In this document: one piece after another, positions 46,497 to 59,908 of the stretch
Layout of the letters: the number at the start of each line of letters is the position of its first letter
Numbering within the stretch: position 1 is the first letter of the stretch
Source: Octopus sinensis
Lineage: Eukaryota
Assembly (NCBI RefSeq): GCF_006345805.1
Contig: NW_021833063.1
Location: 20,769 to 84,768, forward strand
Direction of reading: 5' to 3'
DNA length: 64,000 nt
Position numbers and translations under genes: made by a program
The notes under the pieces: generated by a model
The model's database searches: none
What the model saw: the letters and a program-made list of their open reading frames with translations, nothing else
Told to the model about the DNA's origin: nothing

Positions 46497-47684
46497 CCTA
46501 CTTGAGATATCAGTCAGTCCGAACGTGCAGCTTATCTTCTCACCACTATCACTACTTTATATTATTACTTTGTTCTTTGTGCTTCCTGTTAACTTTCGTA
46601 TTTCGCTTCTCTTTTCTTTGGACTCATTATCTATTCATTTCTTCATTTCTTAGTCGTTTTTATATTCGTTTTATTCTGCCATTCTCGTCTAGCGTCGTTA
46701 TTTACCTTAACGTTACTTCATACACCACCTTCCGGTTTTCTCACACAGTTTCGGATTTCCATTTGTTCCGAATTCCTTCAGAGATTACTTACTCTACGAT
46801 GTGTCAACAAAACAATAACTCGTTCAATTCCTACCAAACAATTGTTGATGCTGGTCGTCGTTTACGTTTGACAGAACGAATTCCAATCTTAAAGACGGGT
46901 CCTGGAAAACGAGTCAATAACTTCGTTTTATTTGTTCTTCGCTTTTAACGGTTTGTTTTCACGAAAGCGATTGATAACGAGTGCGGATAACTTCGTTTAG
47001 TGTCCTACTGAGAGTTGCTCTGTGATCAAGGATTCACCTTTCCATTTCCACACACACCAATGTCTAGTGTGTGTGTGTTGTGTGTGGTTTGCATATTTGC
47101 GTGTGTATGTGTGTGCATGCGCGTGCATATTTGTATATATATGGTGGCTATAGAACGGAAGTTCTGAGGTGATGCCGATGAATGTAGAACTATTCATGTA
47201 GCTGAGGAGGAACATTAAAGTAAATAGCTATCAACAGTGTATGATTGTATATAATAATAATATTTGTGACTGTTTACCGTCGGAGATGAGCAAAAAAAAT
47301 GAAATGCAGTTTTGTGATCTGTTAGAACACGAGTTAAGAACGAAGTGCTATCTCAACGAAAACAGATATCAAATGTTGATTGTATTTGGCGATGTTATGT
47401 TGATTGCAGGTGTCCTGGATATAGCTGAATCTAGTGTATATATTTGCATATTTGCATCTAATCACATACTTTCTCTCTCTCTCTCTCTCACATACTCCCT
47501 CCATCACGTATACATACGCACAGAAATATAAGCTTCACATAGTATTTAAGGCTATTTGTGTACATAGTGTGTGATTGTGAACTTATTTGCTTTGACGTTC
47601 GTTTCGGTATTTACCAAGTATTAAGGACATCTAATCGTGACATAGGATTTCTCTTGCAAAAGGTGACACTTCTAGTATTACACG

Positions 47685-47710
47685 CTATGGTTACCATAGA
47701 AACGGAAGCG
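47685..47710. promoter_or_regulatory. RFX X-box with adjacent ETS core
   Basis: GTTACCATAGAAAC (47690-47703) fits GTYNCY-AT-RGNAAC; overlapping CGGAAG (47703-47708); in non-repetitive sequence. Confidence 0.45.
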
Positions 47711-48009
47711 ATGTGGAATGAAAGAACTGATGGACAGAGAAACACATAATCGACGCTACGTAGATAAGAGCTGATGTAGAATACACACTTGATTCACTGC
47801 ATACACGGCAATATGTCAACGTATTGAAAACAAATCGATGAAACTTATGCATCTATTTACACTCCTCCCATGAAAATCATTAAACACGCATTTCCACCGT
47901 GTGCCAAAAGAAAACAAAAAAAAAAAGAAAAACGTGATTTGTATATGAAAACGATTATGAAATAAAAGAAACGTGTCTGTGTGAATTGCTTTTAAAATTA
48001 TTACTAAAC

Positions 48010-48061
<52 letters not shown>

Positions 48062-48083
48062 TATATATATATGTATATATATA

Positions 48084-48470
48084 TCTTTATATATAAAAGT
48101 GAGGTTGTGTGTCTGTCTCCTACGATTTAGATTCCTAACTACTCCCCCACATTTTGCGGTGCAGTTTAACCAAACCGGTATCTTATAGTCGTGATTCATA
48201 TCGAGCCCTTCTGGGTATTAGCGCGCGTCTACGATGAGTCTACGATTTAAAAAAAATTTACCATCATTTTTTTCCATTTTAATGCATTTTTCGCTATTAT
48301 ATAAGGGAAGTAACTCTCTAAAAATATCTACGATGAGTCAACGATTTAAAAAAAATTTACCATCATTTTTTTCCATTTTAATGCATTTTTTGCTATTTTT
48401 TGCTATAACACTCTAAAATGCTTATAGTTTATTTCCCTACAAACCCGAGCAACGCCGGGCGATACGCTAG
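48084..48470 (+). mobile_element. non-autonomous Helitron, copy 2
   Basis: TC..cccgagcaacgccggg..CTAG, A|T site within (TA)n. Confidence 0.87.
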
Positions 48471-48605
48471 TATATATTATATATACATATATATAATAAG
48501 AGAAAATAATAGCTTTAATTTTTTAAAAAACCAACAATTATTTACTGGTAGATTTCAGCATGTAAATATAACCATTAACGGTAGGAACTTCTATAAAAGT
48601 TCAAT

Positions 48606-49029
48606 ATAGGCGCAGGAGTGGCTGCGTGGTAAGTAGCTTGCTAACCAACCACACGGTTCCGGGTTCAGTCCCACTGAGTGGCATCTTGGGCAAGTGTCTG
48701 CTGCTATAGCCCCGGGCCGACCAATGCCTTGTGAGTGGATTTGGTAGACGGAAACTGAAAGAAGCCTGTCGTATATATGTATATATATATATATATATGT
48801 GTATGTGTGTGTGTGTATGTGTGTGTGTGTGTTTGTCCCCCTAGCATTGCTTGACAACCGATGCTGGTGTGTTTATGTCCCCGTTAGTTAGCGGTTCGGC
48901 AAAAGAGACTGATAGAATAAGTACTGGGCTTACAAAGAATAAGTCCCGGGGTCGATTTGCTCGACTAAAGGCGGTGCTCCAGCATGGCCGCAGTCAAATG
49001 ACTGAAACAAATAAAAGAGTAAAGAGAGT
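48606..49029 (+). mobile_element. SINE family A
   Basis: Full-length copy. Confidence 0.92.
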
Positions 49030-49157
49030 ATATATTTTGTATATAAATAAAAAAGGCAGGCAACAGGTTGCTTAGCCACATACCGAAAAAATTAGAAATA
49101 GCAGTCAAAGACTGTTTATTTCTATTTTCTACAAATAAGACTCCACATACGACATAT

Positions 49158-49201
<44 letters not shown>

Positions 49202-49249
49202 GCTACAGTTTCCCGTTTTTCTTTCGCAACAATTCTATGTTGACTATTC

Positions 49250-49812
49250 TATTGCGTTGTCCGGAAAGTTCGTGCCGATTTTTAAAGGAAAGAAAAAGGT
49301 CAATAAATACTTGCCATTACATTTTAAATCAACCAAATATGAACCATTTTGTTGCACAATGCGTCCCCATCTTTCCTTTAACTTGAAAAACCATCTTCCC
49401 AGAATTGAGGTCGCTTCATGGCAAAGAAATTCATCAAGGTATCTTTTTACGTCATCCAAGGTATTGAAATTTTTACCATTAAGACTACTCTGCAGAGACC
49501 TGAATAAGTGGAAATCCGAAGGAGCAATATCTAGTGAATTTGGAGGGTGAGGTAACACATCCCAGCCGAGCCGCAGCAATTTTTGTCTGGTTAAAAAAAA
49601 CACGTGAGGAGGATGAATTTATCTTCCAATTTAAAGGGTTACATAATTAACACAGGTTATAGGAACATAAACCTTCTTCCACGAAAAGATAGCTTAAACT
49701 GTGCTCTAAATGGAGGTGTAGTCAAATCCTATTTTATGGACTCAACCATGTTCTAAAATAAGTCGAAAGGAAAGCTACTATAAATCGGCACGAACTTTCC
49801 GGACAACCAATA
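49250..49812 (-). mobile_element. non-autonomous mariner, internally deleted, ~563 bp
   Basis: TIRs at both ends with TA; TRQKLLRLGWDVLPHPPNSLDIAPSDFHLFRSL..KLKERWGRIVQQNGSYLVD. Confidence 0.93.
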
Positions 49813-50403
49813 TTTCTATATCTTCGAACGACACACTCAAGTGTTCAGAAGCCAGCCTTAAGCTATGTCACTAATGGGAAACAAACTATTAATATTAGTT
49901 GCGAGTCTGATTGTCGGCTTTTGCAATTTTCCTAAAAAGCATTAAAGTTTCCCTAAAAAGTATTACATTCCAAGATGGGCACTGATGTACAGTACATGTT
50001 GAATTAGATTTCCTTTTTCAATTTGCGGTAAATATTGCCTGGAAAAGTAATAAATTACACCTCTTCATATTATACGAATGAAAAATATGGCAGACAGAGC
50101 AGAACTAAGAGGGGTCAGAGAGAAAGATATAAAGGGAGAGGAAGTAGGAGAACTACAACAAAGAGATTTATCGTATATCTGTCACTTGTATTAGTCACTG
50201 GACTGCGGCCTTGCTGGGGCACTATCCAAGAGTGTTTATTCGAACAAATGGTCCTTAGAACTTAGATCTTTATTTGAAGCATGTTACTTGTTCTATCGGT
50301 TATTTTGGCGAACTGCTAGCTTTACTGAAATGTCAACAAACCAACAACGGCTGTCAAGCGGTGGGTGGAGATACAAACACAAACACTCACATACATACAT
50401 ACA

Positions 50404-50434
<31 letters not shown>

Positions 50435-50485
50435 TTGTGTGTACATGTGTGTATGTACATATATTCTTTCTTTTCTTTTTCTTTT

Positions 50486-50874
50486 CTTTTATTCTTTTAC
50501 TTGTTTCAGTCATTTGACTGCGTCCATGCTGGAGCACCGCCTTTAGTCGAACAAATTGACCTCAGTACTAATTCTTTGTAAGCCCAGTACTTATTCTATC
50601 GATCTGCTAAGTTACGGGGACGTGAACACATCAACATTGGTTGTCAAGCGATGGTGGGGGACAAACACACACACACATACACACACATACATACATACAC
50701 ATATATATATATACAACGGGATTCTTTCAGTTTCCGTCAACTAAATCCACACACAAGGCTTTGGTCGGCCCGAGGCTATAGTTGAAGACACTTGCCCAAG
50801 GTTTCACGCAGTGGGATTGAACCCGGAACCATGTGGTTGGTAAGTAAGCAACTTACCACACAGCCACTCCTACG

Positions 50875-50878
<4 letters not shown>
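50486..50878 (-). mobile_element. SINE family A
   Basis: Reverse-complement copy. Confidence 0.9.
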
Positions 50879-50913
<35 letters not shown>

Positions 50914-50936
50914 TATATATATAATATATATATATA

Positions 50937-51190
50937 ATTAGAAAAAGAACAACTTTTTATCAATTCAATAATGAAAAATTAAATTACACCATCTAGAAAA
51001 TTACATATTATAGAAAGATTAAATATAAGATAAAAAATATAACGATGATTAAGTAATGTGCAAAATAATAAATAAAACGAAAATTTCTAATTTATGTATA
51101 TATATATTATATTTTGTGAAATTTGATTTAGTATTTCTAAATTGAATTTTTCCCTGTAAGTTTGGAATAAGATTCCCTCATATTATTATT
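50937..51190 (+). mobile_element. unclassified AT-rich element embedded in (TA)n
   Basis: Third copy of the 24003/34655 family. Confidence 0.65.
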
Positions 51191-51206
51191 ATTATATATT
51201 TACAAT

Positions 51207-51239
<33 letters not shown>

Positions 51240-52029
51240 CACACACACATACAGAGACATACACATCAACACAGTTTCTGCCAACTATATTCACTCGCAG
51301 GGCATTGGTCTGCCCGAGGCTATACTTGAAGACACCTACCCAAGGATCCGCTTAGTGGGAATGAACACGAAATCTCGTGGTTGGCCAATCGAATTTTCTA
51401 GGTGAACATGCTAGCATCGATTTATATAAAAAGAAGGAAACGAAAGACATAACAACAATACAACTGTAACAGTTGTGAACGGTGAAGAAAAGTAACAGAA
51501 GCCTGAAGCGACGGACGATGTATAAGAACTGGTTTAATAATGTAATGGAATATGTAAATTATAGAAGAAAATTAACGATTTATGGCTGAATGAGATGAAA
51601 CGAAGGTGGGGTGATAGAAGGAAAGAGTGAATAAGAAAGAACTGATAACAAGAGAAGGAGAAGGAACGACAGAAAGACTGAAGAATTGATGAAGTGGTTA
51701 ATAAAAAGTTATTTATTGAGAAAAGGAAGGAAATTAGTCAGTATGAAATTTATTGAATTATGGTTAGGTATCAGATGACTTTATTACTTAATGGATAGAA
51801 TTGTTACATTTTCCATGAACTAATTAAATTGATTAATTAAAACCGGTAATTATTTCTAATACAATCAAGAATTATAATGTTCGCAGACATTTGTTGCTGT
51901 CTAAGTTCATAGAGTGACAGACTTTTAGTGGAAAATTTGATGCTGGTACTGTTTCGCACCAGAGTTGTCACGTTTGACATCAAACAATTATGCTTTTCAA
52001 ACTTCGGTTTCACGAAAAAGAAAAAAAAA

Positions 52030-52515
52030 AAAGGCCGGTATGGTAGCAGAATCGTTAGCACACTGGAGAGGAAAAGTTTCGGGCCTTGTGCCTAGTGTAA
52101 AAAAGAATATTAATGAAAAAGAAGGCGGCGAGCTGGCAGAAACGTTAGCACGCCGGGCGAAATGCGTAGCCGCATTTCGTCTGCCGTTACGTTCTGAGTT
52201 CAAATTCCGCCGTGGTCGACTATGCCTTTCATCCTTTCGGGGTCGATAAATTAAGTACCAGTTACACACTGGGGTCGATGTAATCGACTTAATCCGTTTG
52301 TCTGTCCTTGTTTGTCCCCTCTGTGTTAGCCCCTTGTGGGTAGTAAAGAAATAGGTATTTCGTCTGCCGTTACGTTCTGAGTTCAAATTCCACCGAGGTC
52401 GACCTTGCCTTTTATTCTTTCGGGGTCGATAAAATCTGTACCAGTCGAGCACTGGGGTTCGATGCCATCGACTTCCCCGCCTCTACATTGCAGGTCTTGT
52501 GTCAAAATTTGAAAT
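52030..52515 (+). mobile_element. SINE family C: head-tail mini copy (52030-52100) followed by dimer with tail
   Basis: aaggccggtatggtagcagaatcgttagc..ggccttgtgcc, then aaggcggcgagctggcag + two units. Confidence 0.85.
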
Positions 52516-53528
52516 GAATCTTCGGCTTTTGAGTCTTTTGTTTCGCTTTCACCCATATAAAGTATTTTCATAGCTCCTGTGCTCGCTGTGGCTGTTAGAA
52601 ATAGAAACCAAATGTCTGGACAAATGATGAAGATCAAGTCAGCGCATTATTTACACTGTCATGTATTTCTTTATTGAACATTTTTACCCATTGCCCTGTA
52701 GTTGTTGCCTCTCATTGAAATTCCCCTACTTTGGCTCTGTGATAGTAATCTGTAAAGTCTCAGCTATCTTTTTCACTTCTGAATAGCACAACTATCCGAA
52801 CCAACATTTTATCGTTGAACCATTTCTCTGCAAGGGAACTTCTTTCATCTTTAGTATTTCTTACATTAAAATAGTGTTACTTCTTTAAAAGGTACGTATT
52901 GTCTACATGTCGGCTAAAACTGAAGAGAAAATGTGAAAAAAAAAAACAGAAGGCAGAATTTTTGCATGAGAAGCGAAATGTTTCTAAAGCGAACTTCTCA
53001 GATGTGGTACGAAACTGAATTAGCGCTGAAAGAATGTCAGTTCGCTTATCAGAAGGACAGCCTACACATAGGTCTTTAATTGTCACTGACTCTAGATCCC
53101 TAAATTCAAATAAGTTTCATGAAAAAGCACAATTCACATATCTGAATAAAATGTACTCGTAGTTTGAAGCTAATCTTCTCCGATAGAATAGAAGAAAACA
53201 ATGGGAAATGATTTAACTGTGCCTATAAAAATCATTACTTGGTGACGAAAACTTTAGGGTTATCACAAAATCCCACAGGTTTATTGAGCATTATATCTTG
53301 ATAATCAGAAGGAAATAAGTGAATCCTTTTAGTGATAGTGCCTTGTTTAAAACCACCACCTGGTCCCTAGGTGTCTATTTTGTTGCAGGCGTTCTATGCG
53401 GATCCTCCGTCTGAAGATAACTTCTTTCCTCTTACCAACCACCAGGCAAAGGAACCCTGAGAAGGTTTAGAGACGCAGCTGTTTCTCCCTTGACTTAGCC
53501 TTTAATTAAGTGATGACACTATTATCAA

Positions 53529-53870
53529 GTGAAGACGCATGGCTCAGTGGTTAGAGCGTTGAGCTTACGATCGTGAGGTTGTGAGCTCGAATCCAGGACC
53601 AGGCTGCGTGTTATGTTATTGAGCAAGACATTTTATTTCATGTTGCTCCAGTTCACTCAGCTGTAGAAAGGAGTTGCGTCGACACTGGTTCCAAACTGTA
53701 ACGGCCCCTTTGCCTATCCCTTGGATAACATCAGTGGCGTGGAGAGGGGAGGCCGGTATGCATGGGCGACTGTTGGTCTTCCATAAACAACCTTGCCCGG
53801 ACTTGTGTCTGGGAGGGTAACTTTCTAGGCGCAATCCCATGGTCAGTGTCGTGACCGAAGGGGGTCTCAG
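53529..53870 (+). mobile_element. tRNA-derived SINE (tail as 9095)
   Basis: gtgaagacgcatggctcagtggttagagcg..tcgaatcc; tail actttctaggcgcaatcccatgg..gaccgaaggggg. Confidence 0.85.
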
Positions 53871-55178
53871 ACCCAGACTCTTATTAACGCCTTTAACAAC
53901 TGTATTTACGTTCGAAAGGATCAGTAAAGGTTCGAATCTTCAAAAAACACATTTTTAGAAGTTGGTGAGATTTTTGAAGACCTTCAAAATTTTAGCTAAC
54001 ATCACAATACGAGGCATGCTTTTAGGTTTAGCAATAAAATAATCTCAATTTACCCCTCTGATTATATCCTATTTATCAAATACTTATTTAATCGACACTA
54101 AGCTTGTAGAATCTTAATCCTGATTTAGTTCCAGCTTTATGAAATATTAATCAAAGCAACATTTTAATAAATTAGGGTTAAACAATGGTTAACCACATAA
54201 TCTGCTGCCGACTTAGTTTCTAAGTCATATCCGACAACATTTAATGAAAGAAGTCAAATGCCACCAGCTAAATGCGATCAAAACTTTTTAAGGAAGTTTG
54301 AAGTGGCTTTTAATTGGAAGAGTTTAAAAAAAAATCTTTATTTCTTATCTGAATCTACAAGTATCACAGAAACAAAATTCCAAAAATGATGCTATTTTCG
54401 CAGTTAGTATTTCAAACCAAGAAATGTAGCAACGAAAATCTAATTATAAATTATAATTACGACTGGAAACATTTCAGAAAAAAAAAAAAAGTGTTACAAT
54501 TTAACTTTCAAGATTACTGTTTATAACTTCAAGTTTTTTTTATTAGTATAAATTTAAAAACATTTTGAATGGGTGGGCGTGCATGTGAATTGAGTCGGCA
54601 TAAATCTACAAATGATGCTCCGATAACTATTTCGAGGCATTGCATGAAGATTTTGCTTCCACAGAAAGTGCACCGAACTTGAGAAAATTCTTTCTAGATT
54701 GCTGGTGTTTTTTTTTTTTTTTATCACGCACTACTAGCTTTAGCTTCAGTGTATCTTTTCAGTTTGAACTACCACTTTCATTTTTATCGCAAATTTGTAC
54801 ACAGACAACTAACTTCTTATTACACAGGCACAAACGTGGCTTCCCAACCATATGATTCCGCTGCATCTTGGGCAAGTGTCTTCTACTATAACTTCGAGCT
54901 ACTGCTTAGAGTTTAAGACTGATATTTAGGGTTAAGATTAGAAATGTAGTCTAGGATTAGTGGCTAGGTTTAAGGTTTAGGGTTTTTGAAGCTTGGTACT
55001 AATTCTATCGAGATCTTTTACCGAACTCCTAAGTTACAGGGACGTAAACATGCCAATATCTGTTGTCCAAGAGTGGTGGGGACAAACATCGACACAATGA
55101 CACACACACACACACATAAATATATATTTATATATGTGTGTGTGTCTGTGTATATATATATATGTATATATATATACG

Positions 55179-55224
<46 letters not shown>

Positions 55225-55226
<2 letters not shown>

Positions 55227-55308
55227 CTACTGTTGTTGCTGCTGCTGCTACTACTACTATTACTATTATTATTAATATTACTACTGCTGCTGCTACTAAT
55301 ACTACTAT

Positions 55309-55350
<42 letters not shown>

Positions 55351-55380
55351 TACTCCTACTACTGATACTACTACTGCTGT

Positions 55381-55454
<74 letters not shown>

Positions 55455-55455
55455 G
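55225..55455. repeat. (CTA)n trinucleotide repeat
   Basis: Direct reading. Confidence 0.95.
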
Positions 55456-56271
55456 TGTTCCTTCAAATAGTTCCGCTTTGTTGTTGCCGAGTGCTCAGCC
55501 ATTTTATGAACGTTGTTTCCACCAGTAAGAATATTCTGTGTATATTCAACACTGGAACTATAAATATATTATTTCTTTTCCATGGGAACTGTTTATTTAT
55601 TCCCTTTAACTTCTGCGATTTTCTTTTTTGTTGAAACAAAGCCCAAACACACGCGCGAATATGGTTCTGGAAGGACCCAAGCACATTTCTTTCATCCTTC
55701 ATGTATATGCAAGAATGTGTGAGCGTGTGCGCGAGTGTATGAGAAAGCGCGCGCTTGTGCATGTGTGTATGTGTGTGCGTGCGTGCGCAAAAATGCTATT
55801 TCACGCGAGATCATGATGAAAATCTGCTTCTGTTGGCTGAAGAAATGATCTTGAAAAACGAGTATATAAGAAGATTAAAAAAAAAAAAGCGAAAAAAAAT
55901 AAAGAAAGAGGAAAAGGAGAAGGCAATGAAATATTAAAACCATAGTAATGTTCCGGTGAAGATGATTGTGTGAATTTTGAATGAACTTATCTTAAGTTCA
56001 GAATGAAAGATAAGGGAGAAGGAAAACAATGGAAGAAATAACAGAAAAACATTAAAGCAGAAAAACAGTGGGGAAAAGATAGCAAAAATGTTATCAATAA
56101 ATCCATGTTTGCATTTTCTTTTATGTAAGGTAAATTCAAATATGTAAATTCAAAAATGAAGCAAGTTCAAAATATTTATTTCAAACAGCGTTCTTCGAAA
56201 GTAGCCAGTGAAAAAAACAAAATAGATAATACATACAATTTATGAATATATATATCACCGTGGTCACCGTG

Positions 56272-56415
56272 ACCGACAAGGCTATCAGATGTTGCTACAC
56301 ATCGCTGGTCACAATGCGCTTCGGATTGTTTTAGCCTTCAAATGATGCCACCACCCCGCTGGCTAAGCGAGCAGGCCAACAGAAGAAAGAGTGAGAGAAA
56401 GTTGTGGCGAAAAAG
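56272..56415 (-). mobile_element. SINE family B 3' fragment (another tail type)
   Basis: Minus strand gccacaactttctctcactctttcttctgttggcctgctcgcttagccagcgggg.. Confidence 0.7.
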
Positions 56416-56839
56416 TGCAGCAATAATCCATAATATTCATATGTAAAATCCGTTATATTATCTTGTATTCCAAATATAGTTCATATAGTTAGAACTATAT
56501 TTGGAATACAAGATAATATAACGAATAACCAAGGAAGTATATATGGATTTAAAGACTCTCATCAAAAGCAGTAATTTTAAATTTTTAAATTATCTTTCAA
56601 ACACCATTTTATAATTTTACTTCAAATTTAAAATAGCAAACTATCATTCGATATGTTATACAGAATTCAAATTTTATATCTCTGAAGAGCAGAAGCGTTG
56701 TCTATAAATGCTTATCAATATAGGACATTTTCTACCCTTATTATTTCGCAGTAAAAGTTTCGTAGTTCCAAAGCCTTCCTGGTACGCAGTTTTAATTATT
56801 ATTATTATTATTATTTGCTGCCGAATGTAACCACCGACG

Positions 56840-57141
56840 AAAGCTTTGTGAGTGGATTTGGTAGACGGAAATTGAAAGAAGCCCGTCGTATATATGAATA
56901 TATATATGTGTGTGTATGTGTGTGTATATGTTTCTGTCTGTGATTGTCCTCGCTACATCGCTTGACAACCGGTGCTGGTGTATTTACGTCCCCGTAAGTT
57001 AGCAGTTCGGCAAAACAGACCGATAGAATAAGTACTAGGCTTACAAAGAATAAGTCCTGGGGTTGATTTGCTCGACTAAAGGCGGTGCCTCAGCATGGCC
57101 ACAGTCAAATGACTGAAACAAGTATAAGAGTAAAGAGAGAG
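56840..57141 (+). mobile_element. 5'-truncated SINE family A followed by (ATGT)(ATCT) repeats
   Basis: Core and tail present. Confidence 0.88.
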
Positions 57142-57241
57142 TATGTATGTATGTATGTATGTATGTATGTATGTATGTATGTATGTATGTATGTATGTAT
57201 CTATCTATCTATCTATCAATCTACATATCTGTCTGTCTGTG

Positions 57242-57293
<52 letters not shown>

Positions 57294-57321
57294 AATCTAC
57301 ATATCTGTCTGTCTGTCTGTG

Positions 57322-57392
<71 letters not shown>

Positions 57393-57879
57393 ACATATAT
57401 ACAGGAAACTGCAGCGATGCTAATTATGAATGCCATCAATATGCCTGATTGAAAATACCTCAGGGATGTATTTTACATGCTAACATCCCAAATACCTATG
57501 AAGCGGTGTTAAGTGGGTGACTCTCAAATATGGAACATTGTAGGTTGAAAAGACATCGATCAACCGAAATTATCCGAATAATTAATTAGCAGACGATAAT
57601 GCGTTCGTAGTAGGTCTATACGAAAGAAATAAAGAAAGGAAAAGAAGAAGAAGTATCCATTTCACTTGACTTATGTCGCTTACGCCCATCAGAAATCTCT
57701 GAGAGTAATATTATCCTACAACCTTCTCTTGTAAAATGTTAGGAATATGTTTAGCCGCAGAAGATCATGACACCATGATAAAGTCATCACTAAGTACACG
57801 GAAAACCGATGTTATATGAAACTTTACGCCCCAAAAGCCATTTGTATTCCAATACTTTAACCGCCGCTAATTTAGTCTG

Positions 57880-58175
57880 TGTGGAGGGCAATGGCCCAGT
57901 GGTTAGGGCAGCGGACTTGCGGTCGGAGGATTGCGGTTTCGATTCCCAGACCGGGCGTTGTGTGTGCTTATTGAGCGAAAACACATAAAAGCTCCACGAG
58001 GCTCCGCCAGGGGGTGGGTGGTGACCACTATTGTACTCTTTCGCCACAACTTTCTCTCACTCTCTCTCTCTTCCTGTTTCTTGAGTAACGCTGCGATGGA
58101 CTGGCGTCCCGTCCAGCTGGGGGGAACACATACGCCACAGAAACCGGGAAACCGGGCCCATGAGCCTGGCTAGGC
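57880..58175 (+). mobile_element. SINE family B (tail ccgggaaaccgggccc)
   Basis: gtggagggcaatggcccagtggttagggcagcgg head. Confidence 0.88.
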
Positions 58176-58902
58176 TTGAAAAGGGCGAAAAAAATTTAGT
58201 CTGTACATGCTGTGGTACAATGATGCACATACGAAGTTTATATGGACTTAAACAGATCGCAGTTTGTGACCATAATCCCAACAGCACAATATGACATAGT
58301 TTCCCAATCTCCTTAATTCCAACGGTACAATATAACACCTCTACTAAAATCTCAAATTCCACAATTCCAACAGATCACTATAAAACAAGTACCATAACTC
58401 CAACAGTACCATATAACACTGCAACCTAAACAACAACACTGCTGTGGGGTGGTGTAGTAGGATCGGTTGAGCACCAATAATTTTCCGTCTTTACGTTCTA
58501 AGATCAAATCACGTCGATATTTGTTATTTCATATTTCCGGTGGGGGCAGTTAAGTATTGACGTTAATTTATTCCTGTTTCACCATAAAAAATGTTTGGTT
58601 TTATGTCATTGTTGAAAATTATTATCAAATGTAGGATAAAAATGTGTGTACTTTACCGAACTGAAGTTCGCCTTTATGTGTGTGTTTGTGTGTGTGTGTG
58701 GTTTAATCTTAAATTAAGTCAGAAAGTAGCTGTAACTGTAAAAAGACATATAACTGCCTCTTAAGGGAAAAATAGCTATAGTTAAGTTAAACGGAAACTA
58801 GAGAGTGTTTTCGTAGTTCTGCTATAGAGATCAATATGAAGCTGCCTTCGGCAAAATGGTTACATGAATTAAAAACGTATTGAGAGAGATAGATAGATAG
58901 AC

Positions 58903-58939
<37 letters not shown>

Positions 58940-59189
58940 TAGATAGAGAGAGAAAGAGCAAAAAATGTCGAAACAGCTCTCTCTCTCTCTCTCTCTCTCC
59001 ATATATTTTTTGTTCGTTCTGAATGAAGCAGCGAGTGCAGGTATGTAATTATGGCAGTACTTTCAGGCAATCATTTCATGCTTGGTCAACCAGATCATCT
59101 AAAATCGATCGGCTATCGATTTTTATGACGTTTTTGTCGAGAAGAGAAGAAACTATAGAAAACAGATGGTAAAATTCCGATGCATTGTC

Positions 59190-59720
59190 TTTCTTTCTTA
59201 TTTCTTTCTTCCTTCCGTCCTTTCTTTCTTTCTTTTCTTATTTCTTTCTTCTTCTTTCTTCTTAATCTTATTTTCTTTCTTTCTTTCTTTCTTTCTTCCC
59301 TTTCTTTCTTTCTTTTTTTTTCCTTTTCATTCTTTCTTCTTTCTTACTTTCTACTTTTTCTTCTTTTCTTCTTCTTTCTTTATTTCTTTCTTTTTTTTTC
59401 TTTCTCTTCTTTTCTTTCCGTCTCTTCTTTCTCTTTCTTTCCTTTCTTTCTTCTTCTCTTCTTCTTCTTCTTCTTCTTTTTCTGCTTCTTCTCTTCTTCT
59501 TCTTCTTTTTCTTGTATTTCGTTGTTGTTTTTGTCTTCATCTATTTCTTTATTCTTGTTGTTGTTCTTCTTCTTGCTCTTCTTTTCTCCATCAACTTATT
59601 TTGCTGTTGTTATTGCAATTGTTGAAGTTATCCCTCCTCATCACCATCATCACCATCATCTACCTCAGCTATTCTCTTCACCTTCTTTAGTTGTTGTTTT
59701 TGTTGTTGTTGTTGTTCTTC
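59190..59720. repeat. long polypyrimidine (CTT/TTTC) low-complexity tract
   Basis: Direct reading. Confidence 0.9.
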
Positions 59721-59870
59721 TTATTTTTGTTCAGCTAAAAGTAGAATTATAAAAAAAAATGAAAGAATGACTGGGAAAATAATAGATTGTCATATGGATT
59801 TCTTGCCAAGACTACCTTTGCGCTTCTCACGTGATCTCGCCCCACCTTCTCCGTACTCATTCTCACACAC

Positions 59871-59908
<38 letters not shown>

